Source: Escherichia phage ECCR664. Taken from it: 64,000 bases of DNA. A model generated the notes under the pieces. The model was not told the DNA's origin. It did not search any database and saw only the letters and a list, made by a program, of their open reading frames with translations. The number at the start of each line of letters is the position of its first letter. Position 1 is the first letter of the stretch. Of this stretch, positions 46,905-60,600 are shown one piece after another. The translations under genes were made by a program, and so were the position numbers. The stretch lies in sequence record OL631257.1; one strand, written 5' to 3'.

Positions 46905-47669
46905 ATGGCAACTTATGATAAAAATCTTTTCGCCAAACTAGAAAATCGTGGTGGGTATTCTCAGACAAATGAAACCGAAATCCTCAACCCATTTGTCAAT
47001 TTTAATAACTATGAGAATAGTCAGACATTAGCTGATGTTCTAGTGGCAGAAAGCATACAGATGCGCGGTATTGAATGTTTTTATGTTCCACGTGAATATG
47101 TCGCCGTGGACCTTATCTTTGGTGAGGACCTTAAAAATAAATTTACTAAAGCATGGAAATTTGCTGCATATCTGAACTCTTTTGAAGGTTATGAAGGAGC
47201 GAAATCCTTCTTCAGCAACTTCGGAATGCAAGTTCAAGACGAAGTTACATTATCTATTAACCCGGGTCTTTTCAAACACCAGGTCAACAATCAGGAGCCC
47301 AAGGAAGGTGATTTAATATACTTCCCAATGGATAACAGTTTGTTTGAGATTAACTGGGTTGAACCATATGACCCATTCTATCAAGTAGGTAAAAATGCGA
47401 TTCGTAAAATTACTGCAGGCAAGTTTATTTACTCAGGTGAAGAAATCAATCCGGTGCTTCAGAAAAATGAAGGTATCAATATACCTGAATTTAGTGACTT
47501 GGAACTTAACCCTGTTAGAAATCTTGACGGTATCCATGACATTAATATCGATGAATATTCTGAAGTTGAGCAAATCAATTCAGAGGCAAGTGAATACGTT
47601 GAACCATACGTAGTAGTTAACAACCGTGGTAGACAAAATTCACCATTTGACGATGGGTTTATGAATTAA
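46905..47669 (+). CDS. 14: neck protein gp14
   Basis: intact 254-aa ORF; size and position. Confidence 0.9.
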   Translation: MATYDKNLFAKLENRGGYSQTNETEILNPFVNFNNYENSQTLADVLVAESIQMRGIECFYVPREYVAVDLIFGEDLKNKFTKAWKFAAYLNSFEGYEGAKSFFSNFGMQVQDEVTLSINPGLFKHQVNNQEPKEGDLIYFPMDNSLFEINWVEPYDPFYQVGKNAIRKITAGKFIYSGEEINPVLQKNEGINIPEFSDLELNPVRNLDGIHDINIDEYSEVEQINSEASEYVEPYVVVNNRGRQNSPFDDGFMN

Positions 47670-47721
47670 TAAATAGATAAGATAAAGCAAACACCGGTCG
47701 AAAGGCCGGTTAGGAGAAATG

Positions 47722-48543
47722 ATGTTTGGCTATTTTTACAACTCGTCGTTCAGGCGATATATCACAATGATGGGCGATTTGTTTTCAAATATCCAAGTTA
47801 ACCGTCAATTGTCTACAGGCAATAAATTAATTAGAGTTCCTATTACGTATGCATCTAAAGAGCACTTTATGATGAAACTTAATAAATGGACCTCTATAAA
47901 CTCACAAGAAGATGTGGCTAAAGTCGAAACTATTCTACCACGTATAAATCTCCAAATGGTAGATTTCGTTTATAACCCAACGTTTAAAACGAATATATTG
48001 AATAACTCTCTTTTGAGTAAATCGACTAAGGATATTGTAGACCAATACAACCCATCACCAATTAAAATGATTTTTGAACTGAGCATCTTTACTCGTTATG
48101 AAGATGATATGTTCCAAATCGTTGAGCAAATTATTCCATATTTTCAGCCGCATTTTAATACGACTATGATTGAGCAATATGGACAGGATATTCCATTTGA
48201 AAGGGATATTAAAGTCGTATGGATGGCAGCAGCAATGGATGAACAAATAGACGGTGATAATTTATCCCGTCGACGTTTAGAGTGGTCATTAACATTTGAA
48301 GTAAATGGATGGATGTATCCTCCGGTAGGCGCAGCTGAAGGCCTTATTAAAACAACTTATCTTGATTTTCATGCTAATGAACGAGACCTTCAAACAGCCG
48401 CCAGTGTTTTTGAATCAGTTGATACAGAAATTAAACCGAGAGACGTTGAAGCACAAGATTGGAATGGCGAAGTTGAACAAACTTATACTCATGATATTCC
48501 AATCCCGACTCCACCAACCCCTCCTGGTCCTAGAAAACAATAA
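47722..48543 (+). CDS. 15: tail sheath stabiliser / tail terminator gp15
   Basis: MFGYFYNSSFRRY…MMGDLFSNIQ… matches T4 gp15. Confidence 0.9.
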   Translation: MFGYFYNSSFRRYITMMGDLFSNIQVNRQLSTGNKLIRVPITYASKEHFMMKLNKWTSINSQEDVAKVETILPRINLQMVDFVYNPTFKTNILNNSLLSKSTKDIVDQYNPSPIKMIFELSIFTRYEDDMFQIVEQIIPYFQPHFNTTMIEQYGQDIPFERDIKVVWMAAAMDEQIDGDNLSRRRLEWSLTFEVNGWMYPPVGAAEGLIKTTYLDFHANERDLQTAASVFESVDTEIKPRDVEAQDWNGEVEQTYTHDIPIPTPPTPPGPRKQ

Positions 48544-50867
<2,324 letters not shown>

Positions 50868-50894
50868 AAATAAAGCAAATTAAGAGGAATTAAA

Positions 50895-52876
50895 ATGGCA
50901 CTTCTCTCTCCGGGCGTTGAGCTCAAAGAAACTACCGTACAGAGTACTGTAGTTAATAACTCCACTGGTACTGCTGCCCTGGCTGGAAAATTCCAATGGG
51001 GACCTGCATTCCAGATTAAACAAATCACTGATGAAGTTGCATTAGTTGATATGTTTGGTACTCCTAATACGGATACAGCAGATTATTTCATGTCTGCTAT
51101 GAACTTCCTTCAATACGGTAATGACCTTCGTGTTGTACGCGCAGTTGATCGTGATACTGCTAAGAACTCATCTCCTGTAGCAGGCAATATTGAATTCACA
51201 ATCTCTGCCGCTGGTAGTAACTATGCGGTTGGTGATAAAATTATCGTTAAGTATTTGACCGAAACTGTTGAAGCAGATGGTTATGTCACTTCAGTTGATG
51301 TCGATGGTAAAATTCTTAACATTTATATCCCAACCGGTAAAATTATTGCTCGTGCAAAAGAAATTAATGAATATCCGGCATTGGGTTCTAACTGGACCGC
51401 CGAAGTTGCCAGTTCTTCTTCTGGACTCTCTGGCGTTATTACAATTGGTTCTATCGTAACCGATTCAGGTATTCTGTTGACTGAAGTTGAAACTTCAGAA
51501 GAAGCTATTACTTCTCTAACTTTCCAAGAATCTATTAAAAATATGGTGTCCCAGGCGTAGTTGCTCTTTATCCTGGTGAACTTGGCGACCAGCTCGAAAT
51601 TGAAATCGTATCTAAAGCAGACTATGACAAAGGTGCTTCAGCCCAGTTAAAAATTTATCCTGATGGCGGTACTCGTGCATCTACTGCTAAAGCAATCTTT
51701 GGATATGGCCCACAAACTGATGACCAATATGCAATTATCGTTCGTCGTAACGATGCTGTAGTCCAGAGCGTAGTTCTTTCTACTAAACGTGGTGAACGAG
51801 ATATTTATGGTAGTAATATCTTTATTGATGATTTCTTTGCTAAAGGCGCAAGCAATTATATTTTCGCTACTGCACAAGGTTGGCCAAAAGGTTTCTCTGG
51901 CGTAATCAAACTGAGTGGTGGCTTATCATCTAATGAAACGGTCGACGCTGGTGATTTAATGGAAGCTTGGGATTTGTTTGCTGACCGCGAATCTGTTAAT
52001 GCGCAGTTGTTTATTGCCGGTTCTTGTGCAGGTGAATCTTTAGAAGTTGCTTCTACAGTTCAGAAACATGTTGTAGCAATTGGTGATTCTCGCCAAGATT
52101 GCTTGGTTCTTTGCTCACCACCACGTTCAACTATAGTCGGTATTCCTGTTAATCGTGCAGTTGATAATCTTGTTGATTGGCGTACTGCATCAGGAACTTA
52201 CACTGATAATAACTTTAATGTAAGTTCTACTTATGCTGCTATTGACGGTAACTATAAATATCAATATGACAAATATAATGATGTGAATCGTTGGGTTCCA
52301 TTAGCTGCTGATATCGCTGGTCTTTGTGCTCGTACAGACAATATTTCTCAGCCTTGGATGTCTCCGGCTGGTTATAACCGTGGACAAATTCTTAACGTTA
52401 TTAAGCTTGCAATTGAAACTCGTCAACCACAACGTGATCGTTTGTATCAGGAAGCTATTAACCCTGTTACTGGTACCGGTGGTGATGGATATGTTCTGTA
52501 TGGTGATAAAACTGCCACTTCTGTTCCTTCACCATTTGACCGTATTAACGTTCGTCGTTTGTTCAATATGGTTAAAACGAACATTGGTTCAGCATCTAAA
52601 TATCGCCTGTTTGAATTGAACAACGCATTTACCCGTTCTTCTTTCCGTACAGAGACTTCTCAATATCTACAGGGTATTAAAGCTCTCGGTGGTGTATATA
52701 ACTTTAAAGTTGTTTGTGATACTACCAATAACACCCCAGCAGTTATCGACCGTAATGAATTTGTAGCTACTTTCTACTTACAACCTGCCCGCTCGATAAA
52801 TTATATTACGTTGAACTTTGTAGCAACAGCAACTGGTGCCGATTTCGACGAACTGATTGGTGCTGTAGGTGGTTAA
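50895..52876 (+). CDS. 18: tail sheath protein gp18 (one frameshift at A-run ~51537)
   Basis: MALLSPGVELKETTVQSTVVNNSTGTAALAGKFQWGPAFQ…; total ~660 aa as T4 gp18. Confidence 0.95.
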
Positions 52877-52908
52877 TAAGACGCCTGATGGGCTATTTCG
52901 GTAGCCCA

Positions 52909-52916
52909 TATAAATA
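52909..52916 (+). promoter_or_regulatory. late promoter TATAAATA (gp19)
   Basis: exact motif in gp18-gp19 intergenic region. Confidence 0.55.
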
Positions 52917-52988
52917 TACTATATCGTTTAAAAATTAATTCTATGGGCATCCGGTTAATCCTAAGCCCATATTACTACAGAGGCTAAT

Positions 52989-53478
52989 ATGTTTGTAGAT
53001 GACGTAACTCGTGCCTTCGAATCTGGTGATTTCGCTCGCCCTAACCTGTTCGAAGTAGAAATCTCTTATCTTGGGCAAAACTTTAGCTTCCAGTGTCGTG
53101 CTACGGCTCTTCCTGCTGCGATCGTTGAAAAGGTTCCTGTTTCTTATATGAACCGTAAAATTAACGTGGCAGGTGACCGTACATTTGACGATTGGACTAT
53201 TACAGTAATGAATGACGATGCTCATAGTATTCGTCAGAAATTTGTTGATTGGCAAGGTATTGCAGCAGGACAAGGTAATGAAATTACCGGTGGTAAACCT
53301 GCTGAATATAAAAGACTGCTATCGTTCGTCAATTTGCTCGTGATGCTAAAACGGTCACTAAAGAAGTTGAAATTGTTGGCTTGTGGCCTACTAACGTCGG
53401 CGAAGTATCTCTTGACTGGGATTCGAATAACGAGATTGAAACGTTCGAAGTAACTCTTGCTCTTGATTGGTGGGAATA
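52989..53478 (+). CDS. 19: tail tube protein gp19 (one frameshift at A-run ~53310)
   Basis: MFVDDVTRAFESGDFARPNLFEVEISYLGQNF… matches T4 gp19. Confidence 0.95.
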
Positions 53479-53527
53479 ATCTGGTTGGGGAGAAATCCCC
53501 AGCTTCCCGTGATGACGGAGAAGTCCA

Positions 53528-53535
53528 TATAAATA
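53528..53535 (+). promoter_or_regulatory. late promoter TATAAATA (gp20)
   Basis: exact motif ~30 nt upstream of gp20 start. Confidence 0.6.
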
Positions 53536-53563
53536 TAACTATAATTCCCATTCGGAGAATACA

Positions 53564-55132
53564 ATGAAATTTAATATCTTAAGTTTGTTTGCTCCATGGG
53601 CAAAAATGGACGAACGTGATTACAAAGACCAAGAAAAGAAAATTTAGAATCGATCACCACACCAAAATTAGACGACGGCGCTAAAGAATACGAAGTATCT
53701 GAAAATGAAGCACAGCAAACATATAATGCTATGTTTCAGAGAATGTTCGGTAGCCAAGAACCAGGGCTCAAATCAACGCGTGAATTAATCGATACGTATC
53801 GAAATTTGATGACGAACTATGAAGTGGATAATGCAGTCTCTGAAATAGTTTCCGATGCTATCGTATATGAAGATGATACAGAAGTCGTTTCTATAAATTT
53901 AGACAACACAAAATTTAGTCCAAATATCAAATCAATGATGTTGGATGAATTTAACGAAGTGTTAAATCATTTATCTTTCCAACGTAAAGGTTCAGACCAT
54001 TTTAGACGTTGGTACGTAGATTCTCGAATTTTCTTCCATAAAATTATTGACCCTAAACGCCCTAAAGAAGGTATTAAAGAGCTTCGTCGTTTAGACCCAC
54101 GTCAAGTTCAATATGTCCGTGAAGTTATTACAACCACTGAAGCTGGTGTTAAAATAGTCAAGGGTTATAAAGAATATTTCATTTATGACACATCACACGA
54201 ATCTTATGCTTGTGATGGTCGCATATATGAAGCTGGCACAAAAATAAAAATCCCTAAAGCCGCGATTGTTTATGCCCATTCTGGTTTAGTTGATTGTTGT
54301 GGTAAAAATATCATTGGTTATTTGCATCGGGCTATTAAGCCGGCGAACCAATTAAAACTTCTTGAAGATGCCGTCGTAATTTATCGTATTACTCGTGCTC
54401 CAGATCGTCGTGTATGGTACGTTGATACAGGTAATATGCCTTCAAGAAAAGCAGCAGAACATATGCAACATGTTATGAATACGATGAAAAACCGTATTGC
54501 ATATGATGCCACTACAGGCAAGATTAAAACCAACAGCATATTATGTCGATGACCGAAGATTATTGGTTACAACGACGTGATGGTAAAGCAGTAACAGAAG
54601 TTGATACATTACCGGGTGCAGATAATACTGGAAATATGGAAGATGTACGTTGGTTCCGTAATGCGCTTTATATGGCTTTACGTATTCCTATTACCCGTAT
54701 TCCAAGCGACCAAGGTGGTATACAGTTTGATGCTGGTACTTCTATTACACGAGATGAATTGTCATTTGGTAAATTTATTCGTGAGCTGCAACATAAATTT
54801 GAAGAGATATTCCTAGACCCGCTTAAAACTAATTTAATTCTTAAAGGAATTATTACAGAAGATGAGTGGAATGATGAAATAAATAATATTAAGATAAAAT
54901 TTCATCGGGATAGTTATTTCTCGGAATTAAAGGATGCTGAGATTCTGGAGCGTCGCATTAATATGCTTCAGATGGCCGAACCATTTATTGGTAAATATAT
55001 TTCTCACAGAACAGCTATGAAAGATATTCTTCAGATGTCTGACGAGGAAATTGAACAAGAGGCTAAGCAAATTGAAGAAGAGTCGAAAGAGGCTCGTTTC
55101 AAGACCCCGACCAAGAACAAGAGGATTTTTAA
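53564..55132 (+). CDS. 20: portal protein gp20 (at least three frameshifts)
   Basis: [25 protein letters not shown]…; …[13 protein letters not shown]…; …[32 protein letters not shown]… matches T4 gp20. Confidence 0.95.
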
Positions 55133-55368
55133 TGGACGATTTAATTCAAGCTATTAAATCAAACGACCTCGTTGCTACTCGAAAGTTTTTGAAAGTGCAA
55201 TGGCAGAAAAAACGGTTCGTTTGATTGAAGCACGCAAAGCAGAAATCGCTTCTCAATTTTTGATTGAAGGCGAAGAACCTGAAGAAGAAAAGAAAGCTAA
55301 AGCTTCGGAAGACGACGCTGATGAAGGCGATGACGACGAAGACGAAGATGATGAGGACGATGAATAAT
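55132..55368 (+). CDS. 67: prohead core protein gp67 (one frameshift at T-run ~55186)
   Basis: [19 protein letters not shown]…; acidic C-terminus …[15 protein letters not shown] in shifted frame. Confidence 0.85.
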
Positions 55369-55779
55369 GTATCTTATCCCTGAATCTTATGAATTGGTAC
55401 TCGAAAATGTCGAAGCACTTATTCCTGAAGCACAGGGCCGAATCGATGCATTGTCTTCTGCTCTCGATATTGACGATATAAATACTATTATCGAGAACAT
55501 GCTTGAAACTGAAACGGATTTAGCTGTTGCAATGGCTTCCATTATTAATGAAGAACAGTTAAATGAGTTTATCGTTAAACATGTTTCTTCTCGTGGTGAA
55601 GTCACCCGCACTAAAGACCGTAAAACTCGTGAACGTAACGCGTTCCAAACAACCGGTCTTTCTAAAGCAAAACGTAGACAAATCGCTCGTAAGGTCGTTA
55701 AAGCTAAAAAGCTAACCCTTCAGGCCAAGTTAAAGGCATGCGTAAGCGTAAAAAGCTCTTAAACGTCGTAAAGCATTAG
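55367..55779 (+). CDS. 68: prohead core protein gp68 (C-terminal frameshift)
   Basis: position between gp67 and gp21; basic C-terminus …[12 protein letters not shown] in shifted frame. Confidence 0.75.
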
Positions 55780-55789
55780 GATTAAGCTA

Positions 55790-56431
55790 ATGAATAAACC
55801 CGAGTTACTTATTGAAACTTGGGGTCAACCCGGTGAGATTATTGATGGCGTTCCAATGTTGGAATCTCATGATGGAAAAGATTCTGGCTTAAAACCAGGG
55901 CTTTATATAGAAGGTATTTTTCTTCAGGCAGAGGTTGTTAACCGAAATAAACGTTTATATCCTAAACGCGTTTTGGAAAAAGCAGTAAGTGACTATATTA
56001 AAGAACAAGTCGCAACCAAACAAGCCCTTGGAGAATTAAACCATCCACCTCGCGCAAATGTTGACCCTATGCAAGCCGCTATCATTATTGAAGATATGTG
56101 GTGGAAAGGAAACGATGTATATGGACGCGCTAGAATTATTGAAGGTGACCATGGTCCCGGTGATAAATTAGCTGCTAATATACGAGCTGGTTGGATTCCA
56201 GGTGTTTCCTCTCGTGGTCTTGGTTCTTTAACCGACACCAATAAAGGGTACCGTATCGTGAACGAAGGATTTAAATTAACCGTCGGTGTAGATGCCGTAT
56301 GGGGACCTTCTGCTCCAGATGCTTGGGTTACTCCTAAACAAATATCAGAATCAGAAAATTCGGTGGAAATCACCAAAAACAGTGCTGATGAAGCATTTAA
56401 AGCTCTCGCAGAGAGTTTAAAAGCATTATAA
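55790..56431 (+). CDS. 21: prohead core scaffold / protease gp21
   Basis: …LLIETWG…GEIIDGVPMLESHDGKD…LGELNHPPRANVDPMQAAIIIEDMWWKGNDVYGRAR… matches T4 gp21. Confidence 0.95.
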   Translation: MNKPELLIETWGQPGEIIDGVPMLESHDGKDSGLKPGLYIEGIFLQAEVVNRNKRLYPKRVLEKAVSDYIKEQVATKQALGELNHPPRANVDPMQAAIIIEDMWWKGNDVYGRARIIEGDHGPGDKLAANIRAGWIPGVSSRGLGSLTDTNKGYRIVNEGFKLTVGVDAVWGPSAPDAWVTPKQISESENSVEITKNSADEAFKALAESLKAL

Positions 56432-56434
56432 ATA
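56427..56434 (+). promoter_or_regulatory. late promoter TATAAATA (gp22)
   Basis: exact motif ~30 nt upstream of gp22 start. Confidence 0.6.
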
Positions 56435-56464
56435 ATAATGTAATCTAAACCACAGGACACTAAA

Positions 56465-57276
56465 ATGATCAAAGAACAACTTTTGAAAGAAGCTCAGAAC
56501 ATCGAGACTTCAGTTGCTCTTAATAGTGTTTTCGAATCAGTAGAACTGTCTCCGGACGTTAAAGCTAATTTCAGCACTGTATTCGAAGCCACCGTTAAGC
56601 AGGAAGCAGTCAAACTGGCTGAATCTCATATCAAAGCCATCGCCGAAAAGGCTGAAGAAGAAGTTGAAAAGGCCAAAGAAGATGCTGAAGAGAAAGCTGA
56701 TAAAAATTGGCTGAACAAGCTTCTAAATTCCTAGACCATCTTGCAAAAGAATGGCTCACAGAAAACCAAATCGCAGTTGATAAAGGCATTAAAGCTGATT
56801 TGTTTGAATCCATGCTTGGTGGTCTGAAAGAACTGTTTGTTGAACATAACGTTGTTGTTCCAGAAGAATCTGTAGATGTTGTAGCAGAAATGGAAGAAGA
56901 GCTGGCCGAACATAAAGAAGAAACCGCTCGTTTGTTCGAAGAAGTTACCAAACGTGATGCATATATCAATTACGTTCAGCGTGAAACCGCTATTAATGAA
57001 AGCGTAAAAGACCTGACTGAATCTCAGAAAGAAAAAGTTATTGGCCTGGTTGAAGGTATGGATTATTCTGACGCATTTGGTACTAAGTTAACTGCTATTG
57101 TAGAAATGGTTAAAGGTTCTACTAAAGAAGAAGCCGCTATTACCGAAAGTATAAATACAGTTGACAATGACGCTGCCGGTCTTAATTTTGTTGCCGAAGC
57201 AGTTGACACTACCACAACTCAGGTAGAACAGAATTCTAATGTAAGTTTATATGCGAAAGTCGCATCTCGTTTCTAA
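56465..57276 (+). CDS. 22: prohead core scaffold protein gp22 (one frameshift at A-run ~56702)
   Basis: two fragments of 89 + 189 aa, acidic coiled-coil protein; position. Confidence 0.9.
57150..57157 (+). promoter_or_regulatory. late promoter TATAAATA inside gp22 3' end (gp23)
   Basis: exact motif ~140 nt upstream of gp23 start. Confidence 0.5.
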
Positions 57277-57293
57277 TTTAAAGGTTAACACAA

Positions 57294-58862
57294 ATGACTA
57301 CTATCAAAACTAAAGCTCAGCTCGTAGACAAATGGAAAGAACTGCTGGAAGGTGAAGGCCTGCCGGAAATCGCTAATAGCAAGCAGGCTATTATCGCTAA
57401 AATCTTCGAAAACCAGGAAAAAGATTTCGAAGTATCCCCTGAATATAAAGACGAGAAAATCGCTCAGGCATTTGGTTCTTTCTTGACCGAAGCTGAAATT
57501 GGTGGTGACCACGGTTATAATGCTCAGAACATCGCAGCAGGTCAAACCTCTGGTGCAGTAACCCAAATTGGGCCGGCAGTTATGGGTATGGTTCGTCGTG
57601 CTATTCCTAATCTGATCGCTTTTGATATTTGTGGTGTTCAGCCTATGAACAGCCCGACCGGTCAGGTATTTGCTCTCCGTGCAGTATATGGTAAAGACCC
57701 TATCGCTGCTGGCGCTAAAGAAGCTTTCCATCCGATGTATGCCCCAGACGCGATGTTCTCTGGTCAGGGTGCTGCTAAGAAATTCCCAGCTCTGGCTGCT
57801 GACACTACTACTGTTGTAGGTGATATCTATACTCACTTCTTCCAAGAAACTGGTACTGTATATCTGCAAGCTTCTGCTGTCGTAACACTTGATTCTAGTG
57901 CAACTGATGCAGCTAAATTAGATGCAGAAGTTAAGAAACAAATGGAAGCCGGTGCACTGGTAGAAATCGCTGAAGGTATGGCTACTTCTATCGCTGAACT
58001 CCAGGAAGGTTTCAACGGTTCTACCGATAACCCATGGAATGAAATGGGCTTCCGTATCGATAAACAAGTTATCGAAGCTAAATCTCGCCAGCTGAAAGCT
58101 GCTTACTCTATCGAATTAGCACAAGACCTCCGTGCAGTACACGGTATGGATGCTGATGCTGAACTGAGCGGTATTCTGGCTACAGAAATTATGCTAGAAA
58201 TCAACCGTGAAGTTGTTGATTGGATTAACTACTCAGCACAGGTTGGTAAATCTGGTATGACCCTGACTCCAGGTTCTAAAGCTGGTGTATTTGACTTCCA
58301 GGACCCGATTGATATCCGTGGTGCTCGTTGGGCCGGTGAAAGCTTTAAATCTCTGTTGTTCCAGATTGATAAAGAAGCAGTTGAAATTGCTCGTCAAACC
58401 GGACGTGGTGAAGGTAACTTCATTATCGCTTCCCGTAACGTAGTTAACGTACTGGCTTCAGTTGATACTGGTATTTCTTACGCTGCACAGGGTCTGGCTT
58501 CTGGTTTTAATACCGACACTACTAAGTCTGTATTTGCCGGTGTACTTGGTGGTAAATACCGCGTATATATCGACCAGTATGCTAAACAGGATTACTTCAC
58601 CGTTGGTTACAAAGGCGCTAACGAAATGGATGCAGGTATTTACTATGCTCCTTACGTTGCACTTACCCCACTGCGTGGTTCCGATCCTAAGAACTTCCAG
58701 CCGGTAATGGGCTTTAAAACTCGTTACGGTATCGGTGTTAACCCGTTTGCTGAAAGTTCCCTGCAGGCTCCAGGTGCTCGCATCCAGTCCGGTATGCCGT
58801 CTATCCTGAACAGCCTTGGTAAGAACGCTTACTTCCGCCGTGTATATGTAAAAGGCATCTAA
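57294..58862 (+). CDS. 23: major capsid protein gp23
   Basis: intact 522-aa ORF closely matching T4 gp23 throughout. Confidence 0.98.
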   Translation: MTTIKTKAQLVDKWKELLEGEGLPEIANSKQAIIAKIFENQEKDFEVSPEYKDEKIAQAFGSFLTEAEIGGDHGYNAQNIAAGQTSGAVTQIGPAVMGMVRRAIPNLIAFDICGVQPMNSPTGQVFALRAVYGKDPIAAGAKEAFHPMYAPDAMFSGQGAAKKFPALAADTTTVVGDIYTHFFQETGTVYLQASAVVTLDSSATDAAKLDAEVKKQMEAGALVEIAEGMATSIAELQEGFNGSTDNPWNEMGFRIDKQVIEAKSRQLKAAYSIELAQDLRAVHGMDADAELSGILATEIMLEINREVVDWINYSAQVGKSGMTLTPGSKAGVFDFQDPIDIRGARWAGESFKSLLFQIDKEAVEIARQTGRGEGNFIIASRNVVNVLASVDTGISYAAQGLASGFNTDTTKSVFAGVLGGKYRVYIDQYAKQDYFTVGYKGANEMDAGIYYAPYVALTPLRGSDPKNFQPVMGFKTRYGIGVNPFAESSLQAPGARIQSGMPSILNSLGKNAYFRRVYVKGI

Positions 58863-58887
58863 TCTTAATTGATTAAATCTTATTTTG

Positions 58888-58915
58888 GGAGACTTCGGTC
58901 TCCCATTTTTGGTTT
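58888..58915 (+). terminator. rho-independent terminator after gp23
   Basis: GGGAGAC-TTCG-GTCTCCC followed by ATTTTTGGTTTT. Confidence 0.8.
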
Positions 58916-59184
58916 TATTTCTGTGCAATTTCGATGTAAGTTTTCAAAATATTTTGCCAATTAGGCATACCTTCTTGGACATATGCTGGAGAACCGTCTT
59001 TGTTTTTGAATGATGCAAGTTTATCAGTGGCCCAATAACCTTTAGCTCGAGCTTCAGAATCAACTTTCATCCATACTTTGTTGAAGGCATTACCATTAAC
59101 TTTTGCACCATATTTTTCTACTAACTTAACTGCTTCAGCTTCTAGAACTTTTAAAGTATCTCGTAAGAAACGTGCTTTAGTCAT
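58915..59184 (-). CDS. hypothetical protein (89 aa) in the gp23-gp24 intergenic position, with its own early-promoter motif
   Basis: ORF MTKARFLRDTLKVLEAEAVKLVEKYGAK…; promoter motif at 59200-59245; no GIY-YIG or HNH motif. Confidence 0.5.
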   Translation of the reverse strand: MTKARFLRDTLKVLEAEAVKLVEKYGAKVNGNAFNKVWMKVDSEARAKGYWATDKLASFKNKDGSPAYVQEGMPNWQNILKTYIEIAQK

Positions 59185-59199
59185 TTTGTTTACTCCTCT

Positions 59200-59245
59200 G
59201 TAGTTGATAAGTCTATAGTATCACATACCAAATACGTTGTAAACA
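59200..59245 (-). promoter_or_regulatory. early promoter motif upstream of the ORF between gp23 and gp24
   Basis: GTTTAC at 59239-59244 (minus); GATAAGTCTATAGTATCAC element as in other copies. Confidence 0.5.
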
Positions 59246-59250
59246 ATCTT

Positions 59251-59258
59251 TATAAATA
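59251..59258 (+). promoter_or_regulatory. late promoter TATAAATA (gp24)
   Basis: exact motif ~27 nt upstream of gp24 start. Confidence 0.6.
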
Positions 59259-59284
59259 ATCTATATCACATAAGGAAAAATGCA

Positions 59285-60567
59285 ATGAGTAAAATCCAAA
59301 AATTATTGCGTGAATCTACAACGTCTACTAGCAACTCAATCGGTCGCCCAAATCTCGTTGCTTTGACTCGCGCTACGACTAAATTAATATATTCTGACAT
59401 TGTGGCAACACAAAGAACTAATCAACCTGTTGCTGCTTTTTATGGTATTAAATATCTTAACCCAGACAACGAATTAACATTTAAAACTGGTGCTACTTAT
59501 GCCGGTGAAGCTGGATATGTAGACCGAGAAAAAATTACCGAGCTCACAGAAGAATCAAAAGTCACACTAAATAAAGGCGATTTTTTCAAATATAATAATA
59601 TCGTCTATAAAGTGTTAGAAGATACACCGTTTGCAGATATTCAGGAAAGTGATCTAGAATTAGCTCTTCAGATTGCGGTCGTTCATTTAAAGGTACGGCT
59701 ATTTTCAGATGCAGCGGTAACAAGCAAATTTGAAAGCTCTGGTAGCGAAATTTCTGATGCAAGATTCCAGATTAATAAATGGCAAACTTCAGTCAAATCT
59801 CGTAAACTTAAAACCGGCCTCACGGTTGAATTAGCGCAAGATTTGGAAGCGAATGGATTTGATGCCCCTAACTTCTTAGAAGATTTGCTTGCTACTGAAA
59901 TGGCTGATGAAATTAATAAAGATATTCTTCAGTCTTTAATTACTGTATCGAAACGTTATAAAGTTACTGGAATTACTGACACCGGATTTATTGACTTGAG
60001 CTATGCGTCTGCTCCGGAAGCAGGTCGTTCGTTATATCGAATGGTGTGTGAAATGGTATCACACATTCAAAAGAGTCAACTTATACTGCAACGTTTTGCG
60101 TAGCTTCAGCTCGTGCAGCTGCTATTCTTGCTGCTTCGGGTTGGTTAAAACATAAGCCGGAAGATGATAAGTACCTTTCACAAAATGCTTATGGATTCTT
60201 GGCAAATGGATTACCTCTTTACTGCGATACCAACAGTCCGTTAGATTATGTTATTGTGGGTGTTGTAGAAAATATCGGCGAAAAAGAGATTGTAGGGTCC
60301 ATCTTTTATGCTCCATACACTGAAGGAATGGATTTAGACGACCCGGAACATGTCGGTGCATTTAAAGTTGTAGTTGATCCGGAAAGCTTACAACCGTCTA
60401 TAGGTTTATTGGTTAGATATGCTTTATCAGCAAATCCTTACACAGTAGCAAAAGATGAAAAAGAAGCTAGAGTAATTGATGGCGGGGACATGGATAAAAT
60501 GGCAGGACGTTCAGACTTGTCTGTTTTACTCGGTGTTAAATTGCCTAAAATTATTATAGATGAATAA
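59285..60567 (+). CDS. 24: capsid vertex protein gp24 (one frameshift at A-run ~60069)
   Basis: two fragments totalling ~427 aa; gp23-like fold expected from position and size. Confidence 0.9.
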
Positions 60568-60570
60568 ACG

Positions 60571-60596
60571 AAAAAGGGACCGTAAGGTCCCTTTTT
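60571..60596. terminator. bidirectional terminator between convergent gp24 and rnlB
   Basis: AAAAA-GGGACC-GTAA-GGTCCC-TTTTT. Confidence 0.75.
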
Positions 60597-60600
60597 CTTG

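Noticed and set aside
58915-59184. Homing endonuclease (segD-like) between gp23 and gp24
   Set aside because: The 89-aa ORF lacks GIY-YIG, HNH or LAGLIDADG motifs and is too short; kept as a hypothetical protein.
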